From the NCBI RefSeq assembly GCF_001194135.2, contig NC_068982.1, positions 156,427 through 220,426 of the forward strand: a stretch of 64,000 bases of DNA, in the 5' to 3' direction. Position numbers and translations under genes: made by a program. Below the pieces are notes generated by a model. The model saw only the letters and a program-made list of their open reading frames with translations. It was not told the DNA's origin and ran no database searches. This document shows, piece by piece, positions 11,301 through 23,300 of the stretch. How positions within the stretch are numbered: the first letter of the stretch is position 1; every line of letters starts with the position of its first letter. This stretch comes from Octopus bimaculoides (Eukaryota).

Positions 11301-14300
11301 GTTTCTTTTAGTTCCGGAATACTTTGCACTGATATTGGACATTGCCCTTCCCTTGGATATCAGTGGGGGAGCATGGAGAGAGCAGACCAGCCGCAAGGGC
11401 CACTGATGCATTTCCATACAACTTTGGCCTCTGTCACATTACTTCTCTCTTCCAACACACTGAAATAATATTTTCTTGGTAGAAATCCAGGGTCTCACAA
11501 GACATATGGATGCCAAAACAATGATAGGGGGGCTGGCACTGGTGACTACAGTTGCATAATCTTGTTGCAGCAAGGTTTAAACTCCTGACCATGTCATCAG
11601 TAGAGCAACATCTTAACCTCACAATCTGTTGTGATGCTTTATTTAAATTTGTTTTGCTTTTTTTTTTTTTCTAGGCTCATCTCTTGCGTTGTGTCAGCCA
11701 ATGTGTATTGAAAAGTCAAACATTAAATGAAAATAAAACCAATAGCAGTGGTCATGATGATGATGAGGAGGAGGAGGAAGAGGAAGAAGAGGCAGATGAT
11801 GTTGATGATGAAGAAGCTAACTGTTTGAAAGAGTTGGAGAAGATTCTTGCATCTCTGACACAACGCATGGTAAAATGTGAACTGGAGGAGTTTGAACTGG
11901 TAAGATTTTGGTATGGGATGCAGTCTACAGATTAGTTAAAATAGATTAGTAAATGCAGTGTTAACGTTTTTAGAAGCATTTTTGTAAGGGTGGTGAGCTG
12001 GCAGAATCATTAGCATTATTTTGCCCATCCTGACATTCTAGGTTCAAATTGTGCCACAGTCAACTTTGCTTTCATCCTTTCAGGATCAATAAATAAGTAC
12101 CAGTTATGCACTGGAGTCAATGTAATTAACTTATGCCCTCCATCAAAATTGCTGACCTTGTGCCAAAATGGAAAAAGTCTTTTTAGGCACTTCATGAAAG
12201 ATTCTGGTAACTCTTGGGAAATTGCCTATGTGTATCAAAGAGTAAGTTAATCTAGCAGAGTTCATCCATTATGTCGTACAGTGCTCTGCTCCGTCTTTTC
12301 ATTTTGTAAACTGTGAGAGTTCAATTCAATGTCAACTTCCATTTTGTCCACATAATATACACTTCACATCTTACACAACAACATTAATTCTAGGAAAGAG
12401 AGATCACACACACACACATGCTTCACATGTAGAGTTTGGTCTTTCTGTCTTTCATAATTTCATGATTTAATCAATCAAAACTGTTATTCTCATTAACCTG
12501 CTTTAGAACCAAGATTTTTTTTTTTTTTTTTTACCAGGATAAAGCCTCTGACTATTCTACCAAAACTAACGTTGGTGTCAAGAACACCATTCTGGCATCT
12601 TTGATCCTTGGTTTATATGAATCTTTGATGGAGTATAATTTTTTCTCTGGCAGATGCAGGTACGTCACATGTAATGAGTTGTATGGGAATTGCTTCGAGG
12701 CTGCCAGCTCGTCATTGTTTGTCTGTGTCTGTCAGAATTGGATAAGAAACAAAAGATGAAGAGGTTTATATTTTGTTGAGCTATTATGTAGAGAAACATT
12801 TTGTGCAGCATCGTTTATTGAAGGATCTAGTGCTAAAATATTTCACATGGAATTTTACCAAAACTGCATCCTAGAATTTTTCCCCTTTCAGTGTAAATGC
12901 GTCAGCTCTAATCAGTTGTTCTATAAAGATCAAATAAGGAAGACATGGGACGAAATGGTGAAGCGTGATCTTTGAACTTTGAGCCTCACAGAGGCAATGA
13001 CTAGTGACCAAGATCTTTGACAGTATGTTTTGCTTGATAAGACCCATCAAACCAAGTGAAATCGTCATGGCCAGTGCTGGTGTCACGTAACTGGCACCCA
13101 TGCTGGTGGAACGTAAAGAGCACCTTTCGAGCATTGAGCCTCAAAGAGGCAAAGTGGCCAAGTTCCTTTCAGGCATTGGGCCTCGCAGAGTCAATAACCG
13201 AGACTTTTGGCTTTATGTTGTGCTTGATAAGAAGACCCATCAAGCCAAGCAAAATTGTAATCATGGCAGATGCCGGTGTCATGCAAATGGCACTTGTGCT
13301 GGTGGCATGTAAAAGCACCTATTACACTCTTAGAGCGGTTGGCATTATGAGGGGCATCCAGCCATAGAAAACCATACCAAATCAAACTGGAGTTTGGTGC
13401 AGCCTTCCAGCTTACTAGCTCCGGTCCAAAAAGTCCAACTCTTTCCAGCATGGACATTGGACATTAAATAATGATGATGATAATATATATAAAAACCATC
13501 ATTGTTGTTTAATGTCCATTTTCCATGCCAGCATAGTTCAGACAGTCTGACAGACGCTAACCAGCTGGAGGGCTGTTCAGGGCCCCTATCTGTTTCGGTA
13601 TGGTTTTTTTTTTTATGGCTGGATGCCCTTCCTAACACCAAGCACTTTACAGGGTGTGGACTGGGTGCTTTTATACAGCACTGGTACAGATGCTTTTTAC
13701 ATGGCACCAGCACTTGCAAGATTAAGGGTCCTCAGCTGGAGAGGGTTGCAAGGGACGAACCTGCACTCAAGGGCAACCACGCTTTACTTACCTTGTCATG
13801 TCTTTCCAAGCTTGGCAAACCACCAGGAGTCCCGGTTCCCTGTCATCCCCTCTGTGAGTCCCAATTTTTGTAGATCCTTAGATCCTTTCTCACCACTTCA
13901 TCCCACATCTTCCTGGGTCTACGTCCTCATTCATATGCATTACCACCTGATATACTGGGGCCTACTTCTTGTTACTGGGCTAATGAGGTTTTGATTCTAA
14001 GCTTTGTTAAACTAGAAAATTAGTATTAAAAGACTTTTAAAGAAAACGGGAAAAATAACAAGTAAAATTGTCCAAACATTTACGTATACAGAAGGATGCA
14101 GATAATTTATTTTGTTTTCATATTTATTTTCAGTGAAAGTAGCTTTGAGAATGTTCTGGATTTGTTTGCAAAATATGTGAAGCTGACTGGTATTTTAAAG
14201 AGCAAAGTGAAAGGACAAAGTACCAAAAATGACCCCAGTTTATTGTCTTTGCATTTCATAGTCGAGATCTTATACAGTTTCTATGAGTGAGTATTGATAC

Positions 14301-17300
14301 TTTAGCACGTATAATGTATGATGCTGTCAACAATGCTACACCGAAAGAATCCGAAAGCAAGGAGTTGTAGTCAAGATCAAAATGTGACACTTTTATTTAC
14401 GGTCTCAAAACAACGCTGAACAATTTTCCTGTATTACAGGAAAATTCACTGTGTGTATAATCAAAATTTAGGCCTTCAGTCAGGCAGGAATAATAACATG
14501 GCAAGAAATGAATATATTCGGTTGCATTTACTAATTTTTGCCGGTTCTTTAGTCTGGGACTGGATATTAATCCCATAGTACAAAGTCAGACAACTAGTCT
14601 TGCTGCAGCAGTCAATTTCAGCAAACATGGTAAAATGATAGAATAAGCTTCAAAAGAGTTTAAAAAGGAAGGCGAATGCCAAGTGAAGGAGTGAGCAGAA
14701 TGATTTTGATTTGGAAAAAAAAAACAACTTACAGTTCAGTAGTGACTAAGAAATTGAACAAGTAACCTTGCAGCTTCTAAATGAAGCTGACAGAATGAGA
14801 AGCTTGACAGTGTATCAAGAATTCAACATCTTCACAGCAACTAACTTAACCATTTAGGTTTTAGACGTGCTTTAGATATGGGTGCAAGTTGTTTGAATTC
14901 ACACCAACCTTAACTGGTCAGCGTCTGTGCCAAACGACTAATTTATGCTCCAGTAAAAAAATAGATTTGTTTGACTTACTACAATACCAACTAACAGTTG
15001 ATCGTAAGCCAACAAAATCTCATAATCATGAGCAAAAATGCTTGCTGATATTTAATTCCAAAGTAACTGCTCTTGGCATCAAATGCCAACAATTATGACT
15101 TTTTAAAGTTAAGTTAGCTTGGGAGCCGATATTTATTGGTTAATTGTACTTGGTTGTTGTAAAAATTTCTTCTTTTGACTATAGGCGTAGGAGTGGCTGT
15201 GTGGTAAGTAGCATGCTTACGATCCACATGGTTCCGGGATCAGTCCCACTGCATGGCACCTTGGGTAAATGTCTTCTACTATAGCCTTGGGCTGACAAAA
15301 GCCTTGTGAGTGGATTTGGTAGACGGAAACTGAAAGAAGCCTGTCGTATATATGTATATATATATGTGTATGTGTCTATGTTTGTCCCCCCAACATTGCT
15401 TGACAACCGATGCTGGTGTGTTTACGTCCCCGTAACTTAGCGGCTCGGCAAAAGAGACCGATAGAATAAGTACTAGGCTTACAAAGAATAAGTCCTGGGG
15501 TCGATTAGCTCGACTGAAAAGGCGGTGCTCCAGCATGGCCGCAGTCAAATGACTGAAACAAGTAAAAGAGTAATTTAAAATTTTTGTTTTAAATTTGCCT
15601 TTCTCCTTTGGCCCCTGTTCTCATAAGGGGAGGGAATGGTGTTGCTGTGAAGGGGTGCCGGCTGGTTGCTTACTTCTCACAGATGTTGCTGATGTAGGTA
15701 ACTGTTATCATCCCTAGTTGTAAGTGGGAGAAGAGGTTCTTGGCTTTCATGCTTCACTCCTGGCAAATGAGGGGACAGGGAAGTCTTTCTAGCAACTCAG
15801 TTGTGCCAAGGGTTGCTTTGGGACTGGCAACCTCCAGGATTTGTTCTTGTTGTTTTTGGCAGATTGAGTAAAATGCTCCTAAATGTCTTTTATACTATTA
15901 CAGTACAACAAATGCTGAGTTTTAAGATTTTTCTTTCAGCATCCGCAACAGATTACATCTTCTCTGGGTTGTTTTGTGCTCTTGCAAAATATATCTGTAG
16001 TAACCCCACCCAACTACAAGTTAGATGGTGTACTGACCATCAACCCATATTGTTCCATGAAGATAAGAACTAGCCAAGGGTCAACAACATCACCAATGTC
16101 CCTGACTGTGATTCTCATATTCCTCCTTCCCAGATATTGCTGGATCGGCTTCTGGACACACACTTCACATACAGTTTGGTCTTATCCTTTAACCTCATTG
16201 TTTTAACAATGGTACAAACAGTGCCATCTACCTTCCTCGTTTTAATGAAAGAGATTTCATTTAAAATGCATTTCAGGGCTGAATCCAAGTCTTCTTTGGA
16301 TGGAACAAGAAAAATCCCTGTTGCTTTAGCAAAGAACAACTCAATTGTGAATTGTGTTGGATTATCACAGACTGACACCTGTCTTCGGGACAGGTGTCAG
16401 TCTATGTTGCTAAGCATTTGCTCTTTCAGCAAAATGTTTCTTATCAAGTGTTTTTTATGATTCAGAAGAACATTTGTAAAGGATAATCTCTACATATGTA
16501 TATGGCAACATTTCTATTCAATGTATTCAAACTCAATGTTAAAATGTTTGTTTTTGATTCATGGCCGTTATTAATATTTTGCATTGCAATTGTCTTTTTC
16601 TTTTGCTTATTTTCTGTATGTGAAATGTGTTATTTTGTACATTTTCAGGAAGTATTTATAGTTTTTTGGGGTTTTTTTACATGGCTGATTAGAGGCAAAA
16701 AGTAAAAACAAGAAACCTTATTTTTTCTTTTGTCTCATTTCGTAAAATCCTCTGCTTCACAGAGTGAATTGCAAGCAACAACTATTTTATTAGCAGTGAA
16801 TGATGATGATGATAAATACTTTCCTTTTTGCAGGGATTCTAGTTCAGATTCTTCACTGTCATTGAAAAGTTTGAAAGAAAATAAAGATTTTGTGCAACAT
16901 ATACTAAGTGTTGGCTTGCAGAAAATTCATTTATTAAAAGATCATGGTTTCCGTGATGACAAAGAACAGATGGATAAAGACAAATTAATTTTACTTTCAT
17001 GCCGTCTTGGAAGGTATGTTGTTTATTGTTGTTGTTGTTGGTTTTGCAACATCTCTTCCTCTCCTGTACCGGGTTTTTGCTCTGTAAAATCTCCAGACTT
17101 GACACTTCATCTCAATACATTCACCAATAATACAATATTCTCTACCACTGACACCTGTTAGCTGTTACACTATGTGTTCCTGTTATATTGTCTATTTTCA
17201 TCTGTTTTTCTCTTAATATCCAATGTCCCAAGGAAGTCAGATGTAGATGTATTGTTTTTTTGTGGGGGTTTTTTAAAACTATTTTTACTAATTATTCGAA

Positions 17301-20300
17301 AGATGACCAGAACCCAGTAATGTGGTAACCAGGACTTGCTTCACTTTTGACAATTCAGAAACTTACATATGTGTATTGAAGTTTTAATTAAGAAGGAATC
17401 GCTGATTGGTATGGTGGCAATGAAACCCGTCCTAAGCAACTTTTTTTTTTTGTTTTTAACTGCCTTATATTGATGATTTAATATTGATTTCAGATTTTGG
17501 CACAAGGCCAGTAAGTTCGAGGGAGAGTGGGCAAGTTGATTACGTCAGACTCAGTACACAACTGGTACTTATTTTATTGACCTTGAAAGGATGGAAGGCA
17601 AAGTTGACGCCAGTGGTATTTGAACTCAGAACATAGATGAAATGCCACAAAGCATTTTGCCTGGTATACTAACCATTCAGTCAGCATGGGAAGCAGACAT
17701 CTTGCTAACCTGGCTGAGGCTGACCTTGTTTATGTATTTTGCAAAATTCTTGTGGAATTGTGTAAAAATATTGATGGTGGATTAACTATTATTAGAAATA
17801 ACAAGTTGCAGCCATTAGCACAATGGCTAGCTGGTTAGATGAATCATTGTACAAGCACCTAAGACCTGATTTTGTGAGAGAATTTAACACACAACCATTT
17901 CTAATCCATGCCAAGCTAGTGTTAAGTATAAAACTATACAAAAAAAGCCACATAAGAGAAATAGGAAACATTCTTGTTACACAAAATTCTTTAGAAAAAG
18001 ACCTGTCCTGCACTTCTTCCATTTTCTGTTTTAAGATACACAGTCTTTAATTAGAGACACACAATGAAATATAGACCTGTCCAATCATATTTAATATGTT
18101 TGTGTACTCTGGCACGGAATGACATATATGCTTCAGTATTTGTCTCAAAAGAAAAAAACTCTCCTTTTATAGACAGTAAGTGTGAAATCCCACCATTGGG
18201 CTCTGACTGATGTCATCAGACATAGGACACATTTCTGTGTTATTGTGCATCATCAGCTATGGATAGTGAGCTTCCTTTCATAGTTGCTAAGACCAAATTA
18301 TTACATTAGAACAGCAACTGGTTCAGTTTCTAATGTCTGCAAAGCTCTGCCATGTCTGATTGTATACAAACCTGTCAAATATTATTGCAGACACCCATAT
18401 TTCATGAAATACTGTTTAGTGTTCCTCTCAGTTATTAATTCCAACTTGTCAAAGCTTTGCACGCATCAACATATGTACCACTTACAGTTACAAGAACAAG
18501 CTGTTCTTAATGGTTATGAACTCAGTATCCGTAGATGATGTGTAACGATGCAGAAATGCCTATATTCTATGGTCCGATGGCCCACGTTTTCACGCATACC
18601 ATCTGTAAAGAGAGTTTTTCTCTCAAGATTTGTTTGTGCAGTGTAGATCTTTCCATGTCCAAGTGTACCTGAACATGTTAAATCTGATTGTACATGTCTA
18701 CATTACACTGAGCCTTGTAATGGTTGAAGCATTTAACTTTTAAATAATCATCTCTTTAATAGACTCTGTTTGAAACATTACCAAAGAGTTGGTCCCAGCA
18801 GTGATAAAAAGAACAAAAAGACTGAATCTACTCTTTGCTTAGAGATTTTAAGTGCTATTGTACAGCTTCTATTTGACTCTACATCCCCAGACACTCATAA
18901 AGTGTGGTTTACTCAGTTGTGTAAGTAACTGCTTATTTTAAACTATTGTTATGTTAATTGAAAATCTGAAGTTGCTTGTTTATTTTCTCTGTATGTGACC
19001 ATCAGTATGGCTTTTATAGGGTCTGTTCTACTGGTGACCCTATGGTAGTAGGAAAAGAGAAAGTGAACGTTAACACCCAGCTGGGCAGTGAGAGGCTTGG
19101 ACAGGTGGAATTGTACAAGTATCTTGGAGCCCAAGTTTCTAATGAAGATACATGTAAGAAGGAAATTAGGACACAGCCAGCCATGGAAAAGCTTAATAAC
19201 ATCTGGAGTAGCAAAAGTGTCCCAAGATAAAACAAGCCTGGTGTGTGAACACTCATTTGGCCAATGGGCATTTATGGTTCCAAAGGATAGACTCTAAACA
19301 TAATCCATACATTTCTCATCCCTTCTTAAACTTATTAGTTTTTCTCTAACTATTTCTCTTGTCATTTCTTTGCAGTAAAAGTTAACGAGGCCACAGATAC
19401 CTCAAATTCCCAAATGTCTAACAAGCAAAGCATTTTAGAAAAACATACAAAACTCATTCAGGTTAGTGACTAAATATTTTGGTTTGTCTGTCTTCTCTTT
19501 AATCTTTTTGTTTTTGCTTTTTTTAGAAAAAATAGACAATTTATATGTGAAGGTACAGAGCCTAATGGTTAGGTTTTTGCACTCACAATCATCAGATCAT
19601 GGGTTTGATTCCTAGGCTGGGCAGCATTTCGTGTTCTTAAGCAAAACCCTTCATTTTCTGTTGCTCTAGAGCTGTGTTCAGACCTGCATGTCAAAGAATA
19701 GATCCAACATTTCCTTTGTGTGTCATAAAAAAGGCGACTTAAAGAGGTTGCGGTAGGATTTGCACTCTGACCTTGTAAAACCCTCGCTAGCAATGCCTTA
19801 CCCAACAAACCCATGGGTTTGTTGGGTTGTTGCGTGAGCGGTCAAAGGTGTCATCTGCACTGGAAGTAGGAGGGAATCACCAACAGATGGTGGGTGTAAT
19901 GACATGCCCCCATAAAATGAGAAAATTTATCTCATTTTGCTCCCGAAAGTTTAAGCAAATATAGGTACCAAAAGCCCTGATCCTTAGAAAAGTACTTTCC
20001 TACAGTAAATGTCCACATTAAATATATTTAGTTGGCACTGATACATGAGTTGTTACATGGATAATCAGAGTAGCAGTAAGAAATACTTCCCCAAACATAA
20101 CCAGTCCTGCATGGCAGATACTAAGTAGTAAGATTCCACCATACATTGACTATAGAAAGTAGTTTAATATAAGTGCTATAAACTCCCAACAGAAAAAAAT
20201 GGGCATTAGTCATCATCATCATCGTTTAACATCTGCCTTCCATGCTGGCATGGGTCAACCCGCACCTCTTACCTTCACAATAAGTGTACTAACTGATTAC

Positions 20301-23300
20301 ACCAACATAGCCATCCATTTGTTTTCCATTGAACTTAAAAACTATGATTTCATAGTGGTAAACATGTGCATATTCTGCATATATTAAGAAATAATGACAA
20401 GTGAACATTTTGTAAATATAATTATTAGCTTCCACCATATATTGACTATAGAAAAATAGTCTGATATTAGGACATATAAACACCAACACATGCTAATGCC
20501 CATTTTTTCTCATTGGGGAGTTTATATGCCTTAATACATGACTATTTTTCTCTAGTCAATGTACGGTGGAAGCTAATGAATCTAGTTATAAAATTTTTGC
20601 TTGTTTACAGATAAGAAGATTTTTTTGAGAATATTTTAACATGGCAGATCCTGAGTTTGATGTGGTTTACAGTGTTTGTTGCTGATGCATCTGCAAGTCA
20701 CAATCTCAGACAGTTGGATATTGCTTCTGTTTCTATAGAAACAGATCAGTAATTGGCAGAATCATTGTAGAGTGTTACTCAAAAATGTTTTGCGCTTTTA
20801 CATTCTCAGTTCAAGTCCCCCTGAAATCAGCTTTGTTTTTCATCCTTCCAAGGGTCATATGGAATCAATTGACGGTTACTAGCATCTTTTGCTCTTCAAA
20901 AGACTATGCCTGAGAATGCTTCGGCTGTCTTTGAATTGCTTTCTTTTTTTTGAACAGTGGAATGACCATTGTGTCACTGTGAGGAGTAGTGGATACTCCA
21001 GGTAATGTTAGCCTTGAAGGACCGTGATGTCACAAAACCACACAGTTAATGGGATATGTGACTTGTCCACCATTATTCCCTGATGCGAAATGAAGACGGT
21101 GACAGACAGATAAGAGAGTGTACCAGTTCCAGTAAAATAGATTGTTTTTCGCACACTGCATCCACTGAAGCAGCACTAAATGCTTCAAATCAAATACAAA
21201 ACATTATTGAATCTTGGATCTCGATGCAATCGAGTTGAAGGAAAATGTTTTGAGAAACAACAGAGGAGAGAAATGGCTGCTCAAAGAAGAAACGGATCGA
21301 ATCTTCAATTGTTTAGGTAAAAGTGTTAGGGTTAGGGTTAGAGTTGATAACTGAAAGTCTGTTACACTGGATGTGAAACAATCAGCCATGTATCTTGTTG
21401 ATTTATTAACAAATAAATCAAAACCTGAAGAAAAAAAATCTTCAGAATGTCTCCCACTTCCAGGGTTTCTCTGTCACAGTAAAAGTTTTATTCTAATCAG
21501 TAGTCTTAGAGGTAACGATTTCCAGATGATCTGCTACCTAATTCCACCTACTAGATTAACTAAAACATGGTAGAAGATTTCAACTCAATATTCATGAAGA
21601 GCTAATCTATAATCTCATTCTATCAGCTATTTACACTTGTACAATGTCTTAAAGAACCTTACTTTAAAAGAAAAAAATGAAGACAAAGAAAGGCCTTTAT
21701 AAATCTATGACAATTGCTAACTTTAACCTTGTTGTTTCTGTAGAGACTGGCTGTGAATATTGTTTCTTCTGACAAAGAAACTAAGACCATTGTTGAACTA
21801 AACATTTTACTAGAAATTCTTGGCGTTTTATGTGAACACCTAAATCCAGGTCAGGTTTATGAAGAGATATTACACTGGATTGATGAAGTTGCTAAATCAG
21901 ATGCTATTGGTAAGAACATAATCATTTCTTAATCTGATCACGGATTAGTTAATCTGTCTGTTGAACTCAAAATCAATCTTAACTCTGCAGACATATATTT
22001 AAAACTCCAACTCTGACTGCACAAAATTCAAAATTGATCCTGACTGAGCAGACATACTTTAAAACCCTAAATTAACCGTAACCTATATTGAAAAGCATTC
22101 TAACCATGACCATCTCAAATACTTTTTCTTTTAAGCAATGTCTACCTTGAACTACATTATCCAATGTGTCCTTTTAAACGATGTAGTTTAAGGTGGATTT
22201 GGCTGCTATTTCTAGTTTGTTAACCAGATCACAGAGAGGGTCTGTCATCTCACAGAGTTCTGCTAAATTATAGCGAGTTATATAAATTTATATATATATA
22301 TATCATCTGCCTGCTTTGCATCTTGGTCTGGGTTGGTATCAGAGTCCAGCTCAGTTCTTGTTTGCAGTTATTAATCCTCTCACATGTGTCAGGGCTCCGT
22401 GTGTTGCATCTACCTTTCATTCTGGGCATGTTTTTTGTGGATGGCTTAGGATTAGAGAGATTGGGACTGGGCTGCTTCTTGTTTTGTTTTTTGTCCTCTA
22501 AAAGAGTACAGCTAGATGATTGATCTCTAGTATGTTAGAGATAGTTATCTTATTGTCTTTCCACATTGATGAATAAAATGCAAAGTTAATCTCAAAAAGG
22601 TTAGGAATTCAACTGAGAGCTGTGAAATAAAGGCTAAAGTAACACCTTTCCTCTCCCTACCATCCACACCATTTCTACTTTATTTTTTAATGTGTGTGTG
22701 TGTGTACATGTAAGATTATTGCGTATGAGAATAGAAGTGTTTTTATAATTCAATGACCCAAGGCATCTTATTCTCTAACTCAACTATCTCTGTCCCTTTA
22801 ATCTATCATCAACTGGCAAAAAGCCACCCCGCTCAATACTACCCCCCGCTTCCAGCTGAAGGGTTTTTGTTTTGCAAGTTACTTGGTGATGTTGTTGGTG
22901 CCACATAAAAAGCATCCTTATGCACTCTGTAAAGTGGTTGGCATGAAAAAGAGCATCCAGTTGTAGAAACCAAACCAAAACAGACAACTGGAGCCTGGTG
23001 CAGCCCTCCAGCCTTGCCAGTTCCTGTCAAAGTGTCCAACCCATGCCAGCATGGAAAACAGACATAAAATGATAATTTAGATATCATCTTTATATTATTG
23101 CTGTAATAGTTTGAGCTTTTCTCAATATTGATATTTATGCACATGCAAAAACAAACGCAATACGTTGTTTGTTGATGCACAAAACGACCTTTAAATAGCT
23201 ATTCAACCTGTTAAAAATCCCTTTCAAAATCCCGTCTTTAATTATAGGGATGACCTCAGCTAAACAATAATTGTTGTTGTTTAGCTATCTTAGTCTCAAA

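Noticed and set aside
15800-16460. Possible LINE ORF1/ORF2 remnant
   Set aside because: Cys-containing open frames suggest a retroelement, but I cannot match any definite motif.
21325-21345. Interstitial telomeric repeat GTTAGGGTTAGGGTTAGAG
   Set aside because: Only about 2.5 units; expected by chance or slippage.
20900-21350. Possible LINE RT remnant on the - strand (VIPLFKK..)
   Set aside because: One short motif only; too degenerate to call.
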